Positions 58,799 through 64,000 of a stretch of 64,000 nt of DNA are shown here, piece by piece; within the stretch, counting starts at the first letter, position 1; each line of letters begins with the position of its first letter. The notes beneath the pieces are model-generated. The model was not told the DNA's origin, searched no databases, and saw only the letters and a program-made list of their open reading frames with translations. Location: positions 1-64,000 of the forward strand of contig CAYUVA010000016.1 in the NCBI GenBank assembly GCA_964448115.1, given 5' to 3'. Position numbers and translations under genes: made by a program. Origin of the DNA: an uncultured bacterium (lineage in GTDB: Bacteria; CAYUVA01).

Positions 58799-59020
58799 TT
58801 ATTTCACCTTGATCGCGAAATCGGGACAGCGAATTTCGCAAAGCATACACTTGTTACAGGCTTCCAGGTTTACAACCACTACCTTCGACCGTTCCATCTT
58901 AAGAACATCCTTTGGACAGTATATCACGCAGATCTCGCATCCCTTGCAAAACTCGTTGATGATGGTGATCTGAGCTTTCTCTTGACGCTTTTTCTTCTTA
59001 GACTCAACAACTTCAGCCAT
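58799..59020 (-). CDS. korD: 2[4Fe-4S] ferredoxin-like delta subunit
   Basis: CKGCEICVIYCP and CNKCMLCEIRCPDFAI. The start is probably ATG 59020 after AAGGTGG. Confidence 0.88.
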   Translation of the reverse strand: MAEVVESKKKKRQEKAQITIINEFCKGCEICVIYCPKDVLKMERSKVVVVNLEACNKCMLCEIRCPDFAIKVK

Positions 59021-59157
59021 GTTGTCCACCTTGATCTTTGGCATTAGGTATGCCCTAGGTTTCCTTTGCAAAGGTCTTGTAGATCTAATGAAAATATAAG
59101 TCAAGAAGTTAAATGCATATAACATTAAATAAATACCAGGTATGGATACACTTTTGT

Positions 59158-60066
59158 CTAGTTGAGGTAATCCTTCAGGTGTCGCTGCATCGCTATTTTA
59201 CGCAGCTTTGCCTTTGCTTTAAGCTCGATCTGTCGGATTCGCTCCCTGGTCAGATTGAATTCTTTTCCGATATCCTCAAGGGTCATTGGTTCATATCCCT
59301 CTAGTCCGAAGTGCATCTTGATGATCTCTCGCTCCCGCTCATCAAGCTCATCAAGAAGCCTTTCTATGTCCCTTTTAAGGGTACCCATAAGCAATTGTGC
59401 CTCAGCCATGGTCGCAGATTCATTCTGTATAAGATCCATGTACTTGGTCTGATCTTCATCCTCGCTAATCGGTTCCAGTGGCAGCCATGGTCTGGTAGAT
59501 CGGCGCAGAATCTCTACATCAGCCTGTGAGATATCCAGCGCCTCGGCAAGTTCCGCATCTGTAGGTTCGCGCCCCAGTGATTGGCTCAACTGCTGATATT
59601 TCTCGGTTAGCTTATAAAGCATGCCAGCTTGTTTAATAGGTAAACGCATCATGTTACCTTGATCGGCTATGGCTTGCAGGATCGCCTGGCGTATCCACCA
59701 GATTGCGTAAGAGATGAACTTGACTCCCTTATCAGGCTTATAGCGCTTGGCAGCCTCTATCAGACCTATATTACCCTCGCTTATAAGATCTGATAAGGTA
59801 AGTCCCAGGTTGCGGTATTTCTTGGCAACCGAAACGACAAACCGTAGATTTGCTTCAACGAGGCGCTTCAGAGCCCCCTCATCACCTCTTTGCACCTTCT
59901 CGGCTAGCTTGGTCTCCTCTTGGCGAGACAATAAGGGAACCTTGCCGATCTCCTTTAGATATCGTGTAAGGGCGGGATCGAGTTCCGAGGTATCCTCGTT
60001 GAGGTCATCCTTGGGAACTTCTTCATCCGGGGAGGATTCATAATTAACATCATCGTCTTTCATCAT
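59158..60066 (-). CDS. Sigma-70 family RNA polymerase sigma factor (alternative type lacking region 1.1)
   Basis: YLKEIGKVPLL, ANLRFVVSVAKKY, DLISEGNIGLIEAA, FISYAIWWIRQ and LTRERIRQIE. Confidence 0.93.
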   Translation of the reverse strand: MMKDDDVNYESSPDEEVPKDDLNEDTSELDPALTRYLKEIGKVPLLSRQEETKLAEKVQRGDEGALKRLVEANLRFVVSVAKKYRNLGLTLSDLISEGNIGLIEAAKRYKPDKGVKFISYAIWWIRQAILQAIADQGNMMRLPIKQAGMLYKLTEKYQQLSQSLGREPTDAELAEALDISQADVEILRRSTRPWLPLEPISEDEDQTKYMDLIQNESATMAEAQLLMGTLKRDIERLLDELDEREREIIKMHFGLEGYEPMTLEDIGKEFNLTRERIRQIELKAKAKLRKIAMQRHLKDYLN

Positions 60067-60481
60067 TCTCCCTTAGTATCCTATCAAGCTCCCAATCAAA
60101 GTCGAAGTTCATCTGTTGGCTCAATTGTTGATCCAAAACTGACTTGCGCAAGATATCCAGCCCGGATTCATCCCTGTTCGAAGCTAGATGATCAATCAGC
60201 TTGCGTATTATCTCAGCAGAACTTTCCTGTAGCCTGGTGAGCTTTGATGTAAGGTTGAGGATTATCTGCACACCAGCGATATTGACTCGCAACTCCCTGG
60301 TCAGCCGTAGTATTGTCTCTAACCTTTTGAGATCCTCTCTTGTATAAGCCCTTGTCTTACCCTTAGTCCTGCTTGGGGTTATGAGTCCTTCTCGCTCATA
60401 CAGTCTCAGGGTCTGGGGATGGATATCGAGCATTTCAGCAACTATGCTTATCGTGAAGTATGGTTTGTTTTTTTCTGGCAT
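60050..60481 (-). CDS. MerR-family regulator, HspR-like
   Basis: ISIVAEMLDIHPQTLRLYEREGLITPSRT..TR.Y and LTRELRVNIAGV.IIL. Confidence 0.85.
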   Translation of the reverse strand: MPEKNKPYFTISIVAEMLDIHPQTLRLYEREGLITPSRTKGKTRAYTREDLKRLETILRLTRELRVNIAGVQIILNLTSKLTRLQESSAEIIRKLIDHLASNRDESGLDILRKSVLDQQLSQQMNFDFDWELDRILRENDERR

Positions 60482-60614
60482 TATCTTGGTATATTATAGT
60501 AGAATATTCTTATGTGTTCAAACCTACTGTTTATTTTAAGAAAGAGTCGAAACTTGAAATGATAGTTGTATCTGCTAGCATTATGCCTAGATTATCCTTA
60601 AAGGAGAACATGCC

Positions 60615-61925
60615 TTGTCTTCTGAAACGGTAGAGATAACCCTACATACCTATAGACGCCAGGTTGAGCGCAGGCTACTCTACAAGGTTTTTCTTATAGT
60701 CGGACTGATGTTTGTAGCTGTGATGGCGGCAAAATCGCATCGCGGACAACCAGTTTTTTCTATTGATATCGCGCTATTAGCACTGTTTTTTATAGCCTTT
60801 GCCATCGGTCATCTGTTCATGCAGGCAATCGGCTTTCGAGGAGATCAACTACTTTTTCCACTGGCAGCCTTATTATCCGGGATCGGCTTTGTATTCCAAT
60901 ATCGCTTGGGGATTCTTTGTGGCGAATCTATTACCGAGTTGGGTAGTATTTTTTCTTATGCTTTACCTATGGGGATCTTCTTATTTTTTATAGCCCTATT
61001 CTCTCGCGGGAGGGTGATTTGGCTTAATAAGGTCTATGTTTGGGGATTTATGGTAGCGATAGCAGGCACAATATTTATGATCTTTTGGGGTGATGTGTTT
61101 CGAGGAGCTACCTATGGTCCCGGCTTGACTACCCCCCTTGAATTGCTAAAGGTATTCTTTGCTCTTTTCCTGGTAGGTTTCATTCTTAAGCATAAGGATG
61201 GATTTACCAGGACAATCGCCGGGGTACCGATGCTAAAGGGAAGCCTTCTGGTGCGGTTTCTTTTCGTATGGCTGGCTCCCCAGCTATTATTCCTTCTGAC
61301 CAGGGATCTTGGGATGCTCATTCAATACAACCTTCTGTTGGTTCTATTGTTGTTAGCGGTTACCGGACGCAGCGGATATCTGCTCGTAGGGGGTATAATC
61401 GTGGCACTACTTGGATACATGTTTTATTCTCATGTCCCTTATGCCGCTGATAGGATGGCGATAGCGGGGAACAGGTTCAAGGTCTGGATGGATCCCTGGG
61501 ACTTCTCCGATGGAGCTGGCTACCAGATAGTACAATCTTTGTTTGCGTTAAATGCAGGGGGATTCTGGGGCACAGGTATTGGCTTGGGATATCCTAATCA
61601 AGTCCCTATCGTGCAGACAGATTTTATATATGCTTCAGTGGCTGAGGAGCTTGGATTCTTCGGTGGATTTGCTCTGCTTATCATGTTTTTATTGTTTATC
61701 TCCCTTAGTGCCAGGATAGCCCGTGAGGCAAGAGAACCATTTGTCCGCTACCTTGTGCTAGGATTTACCTATACAATTGCAATCTGTGTCCTCTTGAACC
61801 TTGCTGGGGTGGTAAAGCTGATCCCTATCACCGGCGTGCCGCTTCCATTTATTAGCAAAGGGGGAAGTTCATTGGTCGCCACCTTTGCGATGCTCGGTAT
61901 CATCGTTGCGTCATCAGACCGTTAA
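60615..61925 (+). CDS. FtsW/RodA/SpoVE (SEDS) family protein
   Basis: ELLK, DLG, WMDPW, YQIVQSLFA, GTGIGLG, TDFI.ASVAEELG and IPITGVPLPFISKGGSS. Confidence 0.93.
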   Translation: MSSETVEITLHTYRRQVERRLLYKVFLIVGLMFVAVMAAKSHRGQPVFSIDIALLALFFIAFAIGHLFMQAIGFRGDQLLFPLAALLSGIGFVFQYRLGILCGESITELGSIFSYALPMGIFLFFIALFSRGRVIWLNKVYVWGFMVAIAGTIFMIFWGDVFRGATYGPGLTTPLELLKVFFALFLVGFILKHKDGFTRTIAGVPMLKGSLLVRFLFVWLAPQLLFLLTRDLGMLIQYNLLLVLLLLAVTGRSGYLLVGGIIVALLGYMFYSHVPYAADRMAIAGNRFKVWMDPWDFSDGAGYQIVQSLFALNAGGFWGTGIGLGYPNQVPIVQTDFIYASVAEELGFFGGFALLIMFLLFISLSARIAREAREPFVRYLVLGFTYTIAICVLLNLAGVVKLIPITGVPLPFISKGGSSLVATFAMLGIIVASSDR

Positions 61926-62113
61926 GAAAATAATGCATCCAAAGCAGGCTGTACAAAGCTATAATCCAGGGATTGCCAAGAATTCAATATGGGCGCTGAG
62001 GATGATCATCAGGCGTTATGGGGAATAATTTGCAGGAATTGGTGCTTATCATATACGAATTTTTAATCGAATCCCCGATATACGAGGCTTTAAAGCCAAT
62101 TATCGCGGAGCCG

Positions 62114-62152
62114 AAAAAAGTACTTGACAAGCGAAATAAGATGTATTATATT
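62114..62152 (+). promoter_or_regulatory. Sigma70 promoter upstream of rho
   Basis: AAAAAAGTAC-TTGACA (62124-62129), 17-nt spacer, TATATT (62147-62152). Confidence 0.7.
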
Positions 62153-62471
62153 ACATTTACTACTTCTGGGAAGTCCTCCTAGATTAAGAATGTTCAATGA
62201 GCATATCAAGCTAGATGACTGATCTTCCATAAGACTCAAAGAAGAATGAAGACAATCTAAAGAAGCTGCGATTGAGAATGGATTGCGTTATATTATGCGA
62301 CAGATGTACACATTTCAGAGCATAGGAAATCTCATTGAATGCCTTAAGGAAACGACTTTCCAAAAGACGGGGATTTGATAAGTAACCTTGAATGAGGAAT
62401 AGAGAATCAATCTTTTTCATAAGATAGAAAATAATAACCACATAACACCTATATAAAGGAGTAACCTGAGA

Positions 62472-63719
62472 ATGAACCTAGCAGAGCTAAAGAGGAAGAC
62501 CATGACGGAACTGAACCAGATAGCAAAGGAGGCTAATCTGCAGAATGTTTCCAATCTACGCAAACAGGAGTTGATCTACCGCATACTTGAGACTCGCGCT
62601 CAGAATAACGGCAATATCTTCAACGAGGGAACGCTTGAGATATTATCAGAGGGATTCGGATTCCTTCGAAGCTCCAATTACAACTATCTACCCGGGCCGG
62701 GAGATGTCTATGTATCTCCTTCGCAGATTCGCAAGTTCAATCTGCGCACCGGTGATACCATTAGTGGAGAGATCCGTCCCCCAAAGGATAACGAGAGATA
62801 CTTCGCCCTGCTGAAAGTCGAATCGATAAACTTCGAGAGTCCCAATAGCAACAAAGATAAGATACTATTCGATAACCTGACCCCGCTTTATCCCATGGAG
62901 AAGATCCACCTGGAGTATGATCCGGCTGATATATCAACCAGAGTTATGGATCTGCTAACCCCCATAGGCAAGGGGCAGCGCGCTCTGATCGTGGCTCCAC
63001 CTAGAACTGGCAAGACCATGATCCTACAATCTATCGCTAATGCTATCACCACTAATCACCCAGAGATATTCCTCATTGTGCTGCTTATCGATGAGCGCCC
63101 AGAGGAGGTTACCGACATGGAGAGATCGGTAAAGGGTGAGGTGATAAGCTCCACCTTCGATGAACCGGCTACCAGGCATGTCCAGGTCGCTGATATGGTC
63201 ATCGAGAAGGCAAAGCGACTGGTCGAACACAAAAAAGATGTAGTCATCCTCCTCGACAGCATAACCAGGCTGGCGCGCGCTCACAACACGGTAGTTCCAC
63301 CGAGCGGAAAAGTGCTCTCCGGTGGCGTCGATTCAAATGCCTTGCATCGACCCAAGCGATTCTTCGGCTCAGCACGCAATATCGAGGAGGGGGGTAGTCT
63401 GACCATAATAGCAACCGCCCTTATCGAGACCGGATCCAGGATGGATGATGTAATCTTCGAGGAATTCAAGGGAACTGGAAACCTCGAGCTGCACCTCGAC
63501 AGGAGACTGGTGGATCGTCGTGTATTCCCAGCTATTGATCTGCTTCGCTCTGGAACCCGCAAGGAAGAGCTGCTGTTGCCACCTGATGTGCTGAATCGAG
63601 TATGGATACTGCGAAAGGTGCTTAATCAGATGAACCCGGTCGAGGCAATGGAGCTAATCGTTGATAGGATCGGCAGAACTAAGGCTAACCAGGACTTTCT
63701 CAACTCCATGAACCAGTAA
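62472..63719 (+). CDS. rho: Transcription termination factor Rho
   Basis: [54 protein letters not shown] and SGTRKEELL. Confidence 0.98.
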   Translation: MNLAELKRKTMTELNQIAKEANLQNVSNLRKQELIYRILETRAQNNGNIFNEGTLEILSEGFGFLRSSNYNYLPGPGDVYVSPSQIRKFNLRTGDTISGEIRPPKDNERYFALLKVESINFESPNSNKDKILFDNLTPLYPMEKIHLEYDPADISTRVMDLLTPIGKGQRALIVAPPRTGKTMILQSIANAITTNHPEIFLIVLLIDERPEEVTDMERSVKGEVISSTFDEPATRHVQVADMVIEKAKRLVEHKKDVVILLDSITRLARAHNTVVPPSGKVLSGGVDSNALHRPKRFFGSARNIEEGGSLTIIATALIETGSRMDDVIFEEFKGTGNLELHLDRRLVDRRVFPAIDLLRSGTRKEELLLPPDVLNRVWILRKVLNQMNPVEAMELIVDRIGRTKANQDFLNSMNQ

Positions 63720-63854
63720 TTACACACCGTGTTGCATGGTTTTACTATAATACCGGGAACCAAAGTTTCTATGCTTCTATTTTTTAGGATAATAGGATCG
63801 TCTAGTGTCTTGAGTTGAAATATATTAAACTAAAAATGAATCCGGAGGTGCTCA

Positions 63855-64000
63855 GTGAAATCAGGTAGATCTAATCGAATGTTTGCTTCGTTATTCATTC
63901 TTATTTTTGTTAGTGGCAGTTGCTTTGCTGATCTTTTTTCTCCCAAGAATGCAGCACAGTTCACATTGGTAAGAAATGCCAACCAATATAAAGGATGGGA
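63855..64000 (+). CDS. 5' end of a probable secreted protein (runs off the window)
   Basis: SD GGAGG, then GTG 63855; frame open to the end, reading VKSGRSNRMFASLFILIFVSGSCFADLFSPK..., which looks like a signal peptide. Confidence 0.55.
   Translation, partial: MKSGRSNRMFASLFILIFVSGSCFADLFSPKNAAQFTLVRNANQYKGW

Noticed and set aside
63808-63830. HAIR (HspR) operator
   Set aside because: Only the left half-site CTTGAGT matches; the right half does not resemble ACTCAAG.

Overview
Chromosomal window (about 50% GC by eye) from an apparently anaerobic bacterium; the taxon cannot be assigned from sequence alone. Left to right it holds: a YtcJ-like amidohydrolase; a decayed clpB/clpC remnant; a 1756-aa secreted multidomain protein ending in a probable PD-(D/E)xK nuclease tip, coupled to an extremely AT-rich 390-aa ORF (candidate polymorphic toxin/immunity pair); a trxB-led cluster of GT2, two B12 radical-SAM, two methyltransferase and one SPASM radical-SAM genes; an acyl-CoA dehydrogenase/ETF cluster with EtfA fused to a divergent 4-hydroxybutyryl-CoA dehydratase-like domain; an acyl-CoA ligase carrying a degenerate chorismate-mutase domain directly upstream of a DAHP synthase that lacks a regulatory domain; a Gld-like ABC system with a DegP-type protease; thrS, ispF, XPB helicase and partner; a tRNA-His/hisS/hutH-like cassette; korDAB, a sigma-70 factor, an HspR-like regulator, a SEDS protein and rho. 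The best-supported novelty is the tRNA-His, which lacks the encoded G-1 and has G1:U72/A73, next to a HisRS of the alphaproteobacterial (Rhizobiales/Caulobacter) type. A small REP-like palindromic repeat occurs at three loci. No CRISPR array, rRNA, integrase or intact transposase was seen. All family assignments come from motif recognition by eye, not from database searches.
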